From assembly GCA_040901865.1 (NCBI GenBank), contig JBBDYD010000006.1, positions 1 through 54,655 of the forward strand: a DNA stretch of 54,655 bases, read 5' to 3'. Positions within the stretch are counted from its first letter, which is position 1. Each line of letters starts with the position of its first letter. The position numbers were made by a program, and so were the translations under genes. Source of the DNA: Bacteroidota bacterium. Lineage in GTDB: Bacteria; Bacteroidota; Ignavibacteria; UBA10030. This document shows, piece by piece, positions 45,847 to 54,655 of this stretch. The notes under the pieces are model-generated. The model was given only the letters and a program-made list of their open reading frames with translations, did no database searches and was not told where the DNA came from.

Positions 45847-48318
45847 ATGAAGAAACAAAAGAAACGATCAAGCCGCCCCATACCCATTGTCAAAGCTCCA
45901 AATCACCCGACACTGGAGCCCGGCCGGCTGCGGTGGCAGTGCGACCCCATGTCTCTCAAGGTACAGAGCACGGATGACGTAAAACCCTTGCGGGAAATCA
46001 TCGGTCAGGAGCGTGCCCTCCGTGCACTTCGTGTCGGGCTTGAAATGAGTCACTTTGGCTACAACATTTTTGTGACGGGCCTTCCGGGTACCGGACGAAC
46101 GACGACCATCAAGCGGCTCCTGCAGGAATTCGAACATCGGAAGGTGGATCTGAAAGACCATTGCTATGTACATAACTTCAAGAACCCCGACATGCCGCTG
46201 GCGCTTTCCCTTCCAGCGGGACAGGGACGGTCCTTGCAAGGGGACATGGAATCGTTTATCAACGAGCTGACCGTCAATATCCCCGCCCTGTATGAAAGCC
46301 AACGGTATCAAGAAGCCCGCAAGGTCACGCTCCAGCATTTTCAGGACCGGCAAAAAACCGTTCTGCAGGATTTCGAGAAGAGAGTGAAGGAACAGGGCTT
46401 TGAGCTTGTCCAGGTGCAAGCGGGGAACATGATGAGGCCCGATGTAGTGCCCGTGGTGAACGGTCAGCCCTTGAACCTCGATCAGGCGGAAGCGCTCGTG
46501 CAAAAAGGCGAAATGGGAAAAGAGGAGTTTGAGAAGATGAAAGGCGGTCAGGCGGATCTGGAAAAACAGATGTCCACGGTTTTCCGCGAGCTGCGCAACA
46601 TCGAAAAGAAAGTTCAGCAATCCATGGTCGAGCTTGAGGAACGCCTTGTCATGCCCATCGTCGACGAGGGGATTGAGGTGCTCAAAGTGACGTACGACGA
46701 TGATAGGGTGCAGGCGTATCTCCAGGATGTGCGCGAAGACATACGGAAGAATCTCGACCGGTTCCGCGGGAAACAGGTACTCCCGACTCCACAAACCGAG
46801 GAAGTGGAAGAACAAGAGGAGGACGAATTCATCGAGTACAAAGTCAACGTGCTCGTTGATAACGCGCAAACGGACCATATTCCGATCGTGATCGAAACCA
46901 ATCCGAAATACAAGAATATCTTCGGCACGCTGGAGCGGGAGATGGAGCGGTCGGGCGTCTGGAAAACGGATTTCATGCACATCAAAGCGGGCTCGCTGTT
47001 GAGGGCTGACGGCGGCTATCTTGTGCTCAACGCGCTGGATACGCTCATCGAACCCTGGGCATGGCAAGACCTGAAGCGAACTCTGCGAACCGGCAAGATG
47101 GAGATCCACACATACGAGCCGGTGTTTAACTTCGCACCGACGGGCATGAAACCCGAAGCCATCGAGCTGAACGTTAAAGTGATTATGATTGGGGAGGCGG
47201 AACTGTACCATATGCTCTATGATCGGGACGAAGACTTTAAGAAAATCTTCAAGATCAGGGCGGATTTTGATTCCGAAATGCCCAAGGATCCCGGGAGCAT
47301 TCAGCAATACGTCCGGTTTCTCAAAATGGTGTGCGATGATGAAAAATTGCGGCCGATGGACGCCACGGCATTGGCGCAGATCATCGAATTCGGCGTCCGG
47401 CTCTCGGGCCGGCAAAAGAAAATCTCCACGCGCTTTAATATTATTGCCGACGTCGCCCGCGAAGCAAACTATTGGGCGGGGAAACAGAATGCGGGGGTGG
47501 TGACCGGAGAGCACGTGGAAAAGGCCATTGAAGAACGGGTGTTTCGGGTCCGGTTGGTCGAAGACAGGATCCAGGAGCTGATCAATGACGGAACATTCCT
47601 CTTTGATATGAAAGGGATGGCGATCGGACAGGTCAACGGCCTGACGGTATTCGATATGGGAGAGCATGCGTTCGGCAAACCTGCCAGAATCACTGCGCGG
47701 ACATCGCTTGGTCGTTCGGGGATCATCAACATCGAACGGGAGGCGGAACTCAGCGGGCCCACGCATAATAAAGGCGTGGCCATCCTGACCGGATATCTGC
47801 GAAGCAGATTTGCCCAGCACGTACCGCTTGTGATGGACGCCAGCATTACCTTCGAGCAATCATACGGAGGCGTGGACGGTGACAGCGCTTCTTCCACGGA
47901 AATTTACGCGGTTCTCTCCAGCCTTGCGCAAATTCCCATCCGACAGGACATTGCCGTCACCGGTTCCGTGAATCAAAAAGGAGAGATTCAGCCCATCGGC
48001 GGGGTCAATCTCAAAATTGAGGGATTTTTTGACTCTTGTAAATCGCGGGGGTTTACGGGAAGTCAAGGGGTCATGATTCCGTCAACGAATGCCCCGGAGT
48101 TGATGCTGAGAGAAGAAGTAGTGCAGGCGGTTGCAGACGGGAAGTTTCATATTTATGCCATTGATTCCGTGGAACAGGGGATCGAAATTCTGACAGGCGT
48201 GAAGGCAGGCGTTAGGGCAACGAGCAGCGGATTTGAGGCAGGCACAGTTTTCGGGCGGGCGGCAGATCAGCTGGCTGTTTATGCGCAACAGTGGCGTGAG
48301 TTTGAGGGGAGAAAGTAA
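45847..48318 (+). CDS. Lon-like protease (LonC type, S16 domain)
   Basis: IIGQERA, GSLLRADGGYL, GQVNGL, FEQSYGGVDGDSAS, TGSVNQKG..IGGVNLKIEGF. Confidence 0.9.
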   Translation: MKKQKKRSSRPIPIVKAPNHPTLEPGRLRWQCDPMSLKVQSTDDVKPLREIIGQERALRALRVGLEMSHFGYNIFVTGLPGTGRTTTIKRLLQEFEHRKVDLKDHCYVHNFKNPDMPLALSLPAGQGRSLQGDMESFINELTVNIPALYESQRYQEARKVTLQHFQDRQKTVLQDFEKRVKEQGFELVQVQAGNMMRPDVVPVVNGQPLNLDQAEALVQKGEMGKEEFEKMKGGQADLEKQMSTVFRELRNIEKKVQQSMVELEERLVMPIVDEGIEVLKVTYDDDRVQAYLQDVREDIRKNLDRFRGKQVLPTPQTEEVEEQEEDEFIEYKVNVLVDNAQTDHIPIVIETNPKYKNIFGTLEREMERSGVWKTDFMHIKAGSLLRADGGYLVLNALDTLIEPWAWQDLKRTLRTGKMEIHTYEPVFNFAPTGMKPEAIELNVKVIMIGEAELYHMLYDRDEDFKKIFKIRADFDSEMPKDPGSIQQYVRFLKMVCDDEKLRPMDATALAQIIEFGVRLSGRQKKISTRFNIIADVAREANYWAGKQNAGVVTGEHVEKAIEERVFRVRLVEDRIQELINDGTFLFDMKGMAIGQVNGLTVFDMGEHAFGKPARITARTSLGRSGIINIEREAELSGPTHNKGVAILTGYLRSRFAQHVPLVMDASITFEQSYGGVDGDSASSTEIYAVLSSLAQIPIRQDIAVTGSVNQKGEIQPIGGVNLKIEGFFDSCKSRGFTGSQGVMIPSTNAPELMLREEVVQAVADGKFHIYAIDSVEQGIEILTGVKAGVRATSSGFEAGTVFGRAADQLAVYAQQWREFEGRK

Positions 48319-50010
48319 TTACGGCAGAATTTCATTCCGCTTTTTCAGCGCTTTCACAGTCGAGGTGCGTATCCGGCGAAAACCCCGGTCGTTTCTCAAT
48401 AGAACAAGCGCAGCGAGTTGTTCTCCCGTGATGATGTGCGGCAGAATAACATGGTCCGCGCCCCCCTCGTAGAGCCTCAACGCGTCGTGAACAGAATTAG
48501 CGTAGACAATCACTTTTCCCTTCAGTTTCCTCACCTTTAAATACTTCAAAAGCGCCTCATTGCTTGTTCCGCGCAGGAAGTCGTCCGGAAGAGTGCAAAC
48601 GACCATGCTGGCGCGATGAATGCCGATCTCGTCCAGCGCGTCGAAATGGCTGATATCGACATACGATGCGTTGATGCCGCGGTCGCGGAGTCTCTGGAGA
48701 ACCTCGGGGTTGAAATCCAGTACATGCAGGAGCTCATGCTCTGATGGGAGGGCTTCAACGAGACCGCTTCCGATCCTGTGACATCCCAGAATAACAATCT
48801 CCCCCTCGCGGGTTTCATGAACATCCTCTTTTTGAAGATGGGAGCTTTTAATGCCGAAGGTCTCGATAATTACGACACCGATTCTCGCGAGGGTATGACT
48901 GCTCATCATCATGTACGTGGAAGCTGTCGACGTGATGACGAGGGTGAGCGCGATCAAGGAGACGGTTTCCGGCGAGATATGCTGGTACGCCAGCCCCAGG
49001 GATGCGATGACCAGCGAAAACTCGCTCGATTGAGAGAGCGAAAGTGATGAGAGAATGCCAACCCGGGTTCCCAGTTTCATGACGATACTAACCGGCAGGA
49101 TCGTCGCAATGCGGCTCATGATAATGAATCCCGAGAGAATGAATCCTGCAACGACCATGGCCACAGACGAAAGCCAGATCTGCATCCCGAGTGCAACAAA
49201 GAAGAGTGTTACAAAGAAATCACGCAACGAACGGATCTTGGCGATCACATCGTGGGAATACGGGAAGGTTGAAATGCTCACGCCGGCGATCAGGGCTCCC
49301 ATGGCGATGGAGAATCCTGCTTCGAGCGCCATCCAGCACATGATGAAGCACCAGGAAATCGATAGAACCAGCACCATCTCGGGATTACGGGCGACGCGCT
49401 GAAATGCAGCTGGCAGGGCAAAACGGCTTACGAGAAAGCTCACGAGCACCAGGCCCAGTCCATACAGAAAGGAAAGAACGACTGGACCAATGGAAGGGTC
49501 GTTAATGTTGCCCTGTACTGCAAGGACAAAGATCGCAAGGGCGTCCTGAACGAGCAAAATGCCAAGGGTGATGCGGCCGGGGAGCGTGTCGAGTTCGCCG
49601 CGGTCGCTGAGCATCTTGACGACGATCATTGTACTGCTGAATGAGAGAGCGATGCCGATATACATTGCATCAAGCCCTGAATATCCCATCCAGATCGCCA
49701 TGACATATCCGAACAGTGAGCACAGTACCACCTGTACGACCCCGATCACGGTGGAAGCCGCGCCGGACTGGACGAATTTCTTCACGTCGATTTCCAGTCC
49801 AACGATGAACAGGAGGAAGGCCAGGCCGAGTTCGGAAATGGCCGTGACATCTTCCTGACGCTCGATCAGTCCGAATCCGTAAGGACCGATGATCATCCCG
49901 GCGGCAATGTATCCAAGGATCGGTGGTTGTCGAAGAAATTGCGCCGCGTACGCGAGCACCGACGCCGCGACGATGGAAAGCCCGATGGCAAAGAGGATGG
50001 TTGAGTGCAT
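48319..50010 (-). CDS. CPA2/Kef-type cation:proton antiporter with RCK domain
   Basis: FLLFIVGLE, SSTMIVVK, LLVQD, LRDFFVTLFF, SEFS; C-terminal GCHRIG RCK. Confidence 0.9.
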   Translation of the reverse strand: MHSTILFAIGLSIVAASVLAYAAQFLRQPPILGYIAAGMIIGPYGFGLIERQEDVTAISELGLAFLLFIVGLEIDVKKFVQSGAASTVIGVVQVVLCSLFGYVMAIWMGYSGLDAMYIGIALSFSSTMIVVKMLSDRGELDTLPGRITLGILLVQDALAIFVLAVQGNINDPSIGPVVLSFLYGLGLVLVSFLVSRFALPAAFQRVARNPEMVLVLSISWCFIMCWMALEAGFSIAMGALIAGVSISTFPYSHDVIAKIRSLRDFFVTLFFVALGMQIWLSSVAMVVAGFILSGFIIMSRIATILPVSIVMKLGTRVGILSSLSLSQSSEFSLVIASLGLAYQHISPETVSLIALTLVITSTASTYMMMSSHTLARIGVVIIETFGIKSSHLQKEDVHETREGEIVILGCHRIGSGLVEALPSEHELLHVLDFNPEVLQRLRDRGINASYVDISHFDALDEIGIHRASMVVCTLPDDFLRGTSNEALLKYLKVRKLKGKVIVYANSVHDALRLYEGGADHVILPHIITGEQLAALVLLRNDRGFRRIRTSTVKALKKRNEILP

Positions 50011-50212
50011 TTGACGTTTGAACTCGAGCGTGAAGTCTACGAAATGTTCTTGCGACCTTCAATAACGGCTGATGACTGGATTTCGCGCGTTCCGTCAGCC
50101 CAAAGCTGGCATGGGACGCTTCTTTGCCGTATGTTAGCGCATACAGAGCATGCGGTTGGTTTTTATCGTGACTTTTCTCTAATTTGCTTGTGTTCACAAA
50201 CACATTCCTTCT

Positions 50213-51214
50213 GTGACATCCACCCCCAGAAAACTTCTCCAGATTTCCAGCGTGGTTGTCCTCATTCTTTGTTCCGGTGTTTTGGGATATCACATCATTG
50301 AGGGTTGGACATTTTTTGATGCCCTCTACATGACAGTGATCACCCTTGCGACAGTCGGGTACGGGGAGGTCCATTCCCTTTCCCAGGCCGGGCGTATTTT
50401 CACCGTGTTTTTGATCTTTGGGGGAATGGGTATCTTGCTGTACAGCGTTACCGAAATGACAGCATTCTTTGTTGAGGGGGAAATGACCGGGTATCTCAGG
50501 AGACGGAAAATGAAACAACGCATCACGAGGCTCTCAGATCACTTTATTCTTTGCGGCTGGGGATTGAAAGGGGAACACGTTTACGACGAACTAACCCGAA
50601 CGAGGCGTCACTGTGTTGTTGTGGAAATAGACCCTGCGAAGATTGAACGATTGCGCGATCGCAATGCCTACGTCGTCGAGGGAGATTCCACAAAGGATGA
50701 AGTCCTCATGGCTGCGGGCATCGCGAGGGCATCAGGATTGGTAACAACTCTACCGACAGACAAGGACAATTTGTTTGTTGTGATTACTGCGAGAGGAATG
50801 AATTCTTCCATGAGGATTGTGGCCAAAATTGATGACTTGAGCAGCAAAGAAAAATTCATCCGAAGCGGCGCGAATGCTGTTGTTTCGGGAAACTACATCG
50901 GAGGCCTCCGTCTCGCGTCTGAGCTGATCCGGCCCGATACAGTAAATTTCCTCGATACGATGCTCCGTGACAATTCGACTCTGAGGGTCGAAGATATCCA
51001 TGTCGGAGAACACTCGAAGTACGTGGACAAACCGATCGAGGAATGTTTGCCCCTCAACGATTCCAAAATCCTTCTGTTTTCCATAAAGCATGCTGGAGCG
51101 TTCAGTTTCAATCCGTCCAAAAAGACAAAAATAGAAAGAGGCGACACCCTTGTCGTAATCGGTTTTCCCGACCAGCTCTTGGCTCTTCGCTCATCGCTCG
51201 GTAACGCAGGTTAG
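50213..51214 (+). CDS. 2-TM potassium channel with RCK domains
   Basis: TVGYG selectivity filter, CGWG..G, EGD, TrkA-C tail. Confidence 0.92.
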   Translation: MTSTPRKLLQISSVVVLILCSGVLGYHIIEGWTFFDALYMTVITLATVGYGEVHSLSQAGRIFTVFLIFGGMGILLYSVTEMTAFFVEGEMTGYLRRRKMKQRITRLSDHFILCGWGLKGEHVYDELTRTRRHCVVVEIDPAKIERLRDRNAYVVEGDSTKDEVLMAAGIARASGLVTTLPTDKDNLFVVITARGMNSSMRIVAKIDDLSSKEKFIRSGANAVVSGNYIGGLRLASELIRPDTVNFLDTMLRDNSTLRVEDIHVGEHSKYVDKPIEECLPLNDSKILLFSIKHAGAFSFNPSKKTKIERGDTLVVIGFPDQLLALRSSLGNAG

Positions 51215-51464
51215 CACTTCCCATCAAAATGTCAAAGGCCCTCAATTTATTGTTACACTTCAACGGGCGCTGGGCCGAAGCTCATCACATCTTTCCCATC
51301 GATTCCGAAATCCGACATTGACCATGAGGAAGGACAGGTCATGGTCGGAAACGGCCGTGACGTCCTCCGAAATATTTTCCTCGATTTCGATCCTTCCAAC
51401 TCACCCGTTTGGTTTTATTCGCTCTTTTTCATAGCTTGAAACGCGAAATCTCCGCGCTGAAATC

Positions 51465-52940
51465 ATGATGGTCGGCATCGAATATATCCTCCTTGTCGGG
51501 TCAGTTCTTATCCTGATCAGCATCACTATTGGGAAGCTCTCCGATAATCTCGGAGTGCCCACCCTGCTCATTTTTATGGTGGTGGGCATGCTCGCCGGCT
51601 CTGAGGGCCCGGGTGGCATCGAATTTGACAATCCAGGACTTGCCAGCTCTATAGGGATCGTTGCCCTGGTGTTCATCTTGTTCGGGGGTGGCCTGGACAC
51701 ACGCTGGTCCGACGTGCGGGGAGTCCTTGCTCCCGCGATTGGTCTCTCAACCTTCGGTGTACTGGTCACAGCCCTTGCTGTGGGCGGGTTTGCATATTAC
51801 TTCCTTGGAATTCCCCTCGAGTATGGTTTCCTTCTCGGTGCCGTCATCTCTTCCACAGATGCCGCCGCCGTTTTTGCGGTCATGCGGTCGAAAAATGTCA
51901 GTCTCAAAGGAAAACTCAAACCCCTTCTCGAGCTGGAGTCCGGCAGTAACGACCCGACCGCCGTTTTCCTCACGGTTGGATTCCTTGAGATTATTCGCTT
52001 CCCGGAAACGACCTTAGTCAATCTCCTGAGCCTGTTCGTGCTCCAAATGGGTCTGGGAGGGCTCTTCGGCTACTTCCTTGGGAAGGCAATGGTCCTTCTG
52101 CTCAACCGCCTTCGTTTTTCTTATGAAGGGTTCTATCCGGTTTTTGCTCTGGCATTCGCCTGCCTTATCTATTCGAGCACCGCAGTCCTTCAGGGGAGCG
52201 GCTTTCTTGCGGTGTACATTGCGGGGATTGTACTGGGGAACAGCGAGTTCGTTCAGAAGAAAAGCCTCTTCCGGTTTTTTGACGGGCTGGCATGGCTTAG
52301 TCAAATCGGAATGTTCCTCACGCTGGGGTTGCAGGCATTTCCGTCCCATCTCCTTCCGGTTGTGAACACAGGATTGCTCGTTTCCGCGTTTCTGATGTTT
52401 GTCGCCCGTCCGTTCAGCGTATTTGTTGCGCTGGCTCTGACGAAATTCAACTGGCGGGAAAAACTTTTTATTTCCTGGGTGGGTTTACGAGGCTCTGTTC
52501 CAATCATTCTTGCAACATTTCCCCTTCTGGCCGGCATTCCCCAGGCAGATCTGCTCTTCAATCTCGTCTTCTTCATAGTTCTGACCTCCGCGTTGCTTCA
52601 GGGCTGGTCCATTCCGCTCGCCGCCCGCGCGCTCGGACTCGCGCGTCCTGCAGAACGGAAGAAATCACACCCATTGGAATTTGAACCGGTGGCGGGGAGC
52701 GACACGGATCTCGTTGACCTGACCGTCCCGTTTCAGTCCGAGGTCATCGGAAAATCCATTGTCGAACTGGGATTACCGCAGGACAGTCTGGTGGTGCTCA
52801 TTGGACGGGGAGAAACCTATATTGTGCCAAGCGGAGGCAGCGTGTTAGAACCCGGCGATACCCTGCTTGTTCTGGTGAACAAGACCAACCTACCGCAAAT
52901 CAGGGAAATCCTCGCACGACAAAAGAAGCCGGATCATTAG
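51465..52940 (+). CDS. cvrA: K+/H+ antiporter (NhaP2/CvrA family)
   Basis: GSEGPGGI, ILFGGGL, SSTDAAAVF, LELESGSNDP, WVGLRGSVPI, TrkA-C tail. Confidence 0.88.
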   Translation: MMVGIEYILLVGSVLILISITIGKLSDNLGVPTLLIFMVVGMLAGSEGPGGIEFDNPGLASSIGIVALVFILFGGGLDTRWSDVRGVLAPAIGLSTFGVLVTALAVGGFAYYFLGIPLEYGFLLGAVISSTDAAAVFAVMRSKNVSLKGKLKPLLELESGSNDPTAVFLTVGFLEIIRFPETTLVNLLSLFVLQMGLGGLFGYFLGKAMVLLLNRLRFSYEGFYPVFALAFACLIYSSTAVLQGSGFLAVYIAGIVLGNSEFVQKKSLFRFFDGLAWLSQIGMFLTLGLQAFPSHLLPVVNTGLLVSAFLMFVARPFSVFVALALTKFNWREKLFISWVGLRGSVPIILATFPLLAGIPQADLLFNLVFFIVLTSALLQGWSIPLAARALGLARPAERKKSHPLEFEPVAGSDTDLVDLTVPFQSEVIGKSIVELGLPQDSLVVLIGRGETYIVPSGGSVLEPGDTLLVLVNKTNLPQIREILARQKKPDH

Positions 52941-52951
52941 CTAGCAGCCGA

Positions 52952-53665
52952 TTGCCAACCGCCGTTCACCATACCGTTTACTTCAAGGATGCTCTCCAGC
53001 ATCTTTCTCTCGTTCTGGATAAAAGCGTGGACTTGATCCTCACCGACCCTCCGTACGGTCAGGATTATTCCACGGGACGACAAAAGAAAACCATACGCAA
53101 CACCACGAGAATAGCCAATGATGCAGGCGATCTTGATATTGCGAAACTAATGCACGAATTCGGCAGGGTGTCAAAGCCGGCAAGTCATTGTTATATCTTC
53201 ACGAGTTGGAAAACGGTCGACCTGTGGAAAAAAGAATTCGAACGGCATTTTGTTCTGAAAAACATTCTGATCTGGTCGAAGGACAACCATACGGCAGGCG
53301 ATCTTCACTGGAGTTATGCGCAGTCGTATGAAATGATTTTGTTCGGAATGAAAGGGCGAAAGAAGCTGCACGGAAGGAGGGATCGGGACAGTGTATACTA
53401 TCCCAAGATCAAGTCACATCAGCAGGCCCATTTACTCCAAAAGCCCGAACCGCTTATCGAGTATCTGATCGCAAAATCCTCTAATCCACACGATGTCGTG
53501 TTGGATCCTTTTGCGGGATCGGGAACCGTCGGGACCTGTTGTGCCAGGATGATTCGGAACAGCATCCAATTCGAAATCGACCGAAAGTACAGCAGATCGG
53601 TGCTTTCCCGGCTCCGAATGGCGGCGGAAGCATCTTCGGTGAAGCAGGTCATACTTGCCAAATAG
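52952..53665 (+). CDS. Orphan N4/N6 DNA methyltransferase, beta class
   Basis: ILTDPPY precedes QKP and VLDPFAGSGT; start codon uncertain. Confidence 0.85.
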   Translation: MPTAVHHTVYFKDALQHLSLVLDKSVDLILTDPPYGQDYSTGRQKKTIRNTTRIANDAGDLDIAKLMHEFGRVSKPASHCYIFTSWKTVDLWKKEFERHFVLKNILIWSKDNHTAGDLHWSYAQSYEMILFGMKGRKKLHGRRDRDSVYYPKIKSHQQAHLLQKPEPLIEYLIAKSSNPHDVVLDPFAGSGTVGTCCARMIRNSIQFEIDRKYSRSVLSRLRMAAEASSVKQVILAK

Positions 53666-53714
53666 AAAAGGCGGCCATGGGCCGCCTTTGGGTAACGTAC
53701 ATTCACACGCCCGA

Positions 53715-54089
53715 TTACATTTTCGTTTCGGCGATACTCCTGATCATCAGTCCGTTCACTCCGCCTTTTACACGCACATAGCCCTTCGCTTCGACATTCT
53801 TCCCGATGAAATCCATCAGCAGGTGGTTGGGGCTCTTTTTGTGGTCATCCGGCAGAAGGGAAACATAGAGTTTTCCGTCAGCAGTGAGAATTCCCAACGC
53901 TCCGCCGGCCTTTGCGCACGCGGTCGCGCAGGCCACGTGATCCGGCCCTTTGGCGTCACCGGCGAGATAACAGGCGACATCCACCACTTCGCCCGAAACC
54001 GTCATTTCCTTGGACATTTTCTTTTCCTGGGCGCTTGATATCCCAAAAGCGAATGCCAGAATCAGAAGCACCATCATGAAATATTTCAT
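53715..54089 (-). CDS. Secreted hypothetical protein with Cys/His motif
   Basis: Signal peptide; GEVVDVACY..HVACATACAKAG; AAGGAGG RBS. Confidence 0.8.
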   Translation of the reverse strand: MKYFMMVLLILAFAFGISSAQEKKMSKEMTVSGEVVDVACYLAGDAKGPDHVACATACAKAGGALGILTADGKLYVSLLPDDHKKSPNHLLMDFIGKNVEAKGYVRVKGGVNGLMIRSIAETKM

Positions 54090-54179
54090 ACGACCTCCTT
54101 TGAAAGATAGGACAACTATGATGAACCAAGACCGTATTACAAACCCCAGACGCGGCTTTCAGGTTCCCGCGCTATTACC

Positions 54180-54655
54180 TTACGGAACAGTCACTTCCTG
54201 GGCCCCCTTTTTCACCATCCTGTTTCGCTCGTTATGATCAAGCCAGCGCTTGCGAAGGCGAATGGACTTCGGCGTTACCTCGACATACTCGTTATCGCCA
54301 ATCCACTCGATGGCCTGTTCGAGTGACAGGATTCTTGGCGGTTCCAGGCGGACGGCTTCGTCCGAACCCGAGGCGCGCATGTTTGTGAGTTGTTTGGTCT
54401 TGCAGACGTTCACAACCATATCCTGATCACGGGAGTTTTCACCGACAATCATTCCGGCATAGACGCGGGTCCCCGGCTCCACGAAAAAGGTACTCCGCTC
54501 CGAGAGCTTCCACATGGCATAGGCTACCGCCGAGCCTTCTTCGAGAGCGACAATCGCTCCGCGCGTTCGATGGGTGAGCTCTCCTTTGTACGGTTCATAT
54601 CCGTGAAAATTGTGATGGAGAATTCCGGTGCCTTTGGTCTGCGTCATGAACTCCG
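54180..54655 (-). CDS. typA: Translational GTPase TypA/BipA, C-terminal part (runs off window end)
   Basis: VYAGMIVGENSR..VNVCKTKQLTNMRASGSD, EYVEVTPKSIRLRK. Confidence 0.96.
   Translation of the reverse strand, partial: EFMTQTKGTGILHHNFHGYEPYKGELTHRTRGAIVALEEGSAVAYAMWKLSERSTFFVEPGTRVYAGMIVGENSRDQDMVVNVCKTKQLTNMRASGSDEAVRLEPPRILSLEQAIEWIGDNEYVEVTPKSIRLRKRWLDHNERNRMVKKGAQEVTVP

Noticed and set aside
45868-47859. 663-aa antisense ORF
   Set aside because: Lies wholly opposite the well-supported Lon-like gene and has no recognisable motifs; a codon-bias shadow.
50040-50110. Fluoride-riboswitch-like fragment (AATAACGGCTGATGAC)
   Set aside because: The 5' GATGG-type pseudoknot partner and stem are not evident; an Infernal scan would be needed.
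51229-51440. Short ORF fragments between the K+ channel and cvrA
   Set aside because: Only ~30-40 codons per frame with no recognisable family; cannot support a gene or pseudogene call.

Overview
Bacterial chromosomal window. Gene content and order (miaB-SPOR-sigma54 activator-lptE-TPR, fused 2-oxoacid dehydrogenase E1, rpsT, pdxJ, typA) suggest a Bacteroidota/Ignavibacteria-like organism; this is inference, not a taxonomic assignment. Most of the window is housekeeping: a trehalose/osmotic-stress operon at 4.2-11.3 kb, metabolic enzymes, and a K+/Na+ transport cluster at 48-53 kb. The standout is a ~10.7 kb defence island (~22.3-33.0 kb) bracketed by a 22-bp imperfect direct repeat. It holds a hipBST-like toxin-antitoxin with three palindromic operators. 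Divergent from it is one tightly coupled operon in which CBASS genes are interleaved with a type I restriction-modification system: CD-NTase, E2-fold protein, hsdS, patatin phospholipase, hsdR, M48-family protein, DUF2188, and a putative PD-(D/E)XK nuclease. This copy looks damaged: hsdM is absent, the CD-NTase appears to lack its N-terminus, and hsdS has one in-frame TAA. All calls come from motif recognition by eye; no searches were run. I found no rRNA, tRNA, CRISPR array or integrase/transposase.
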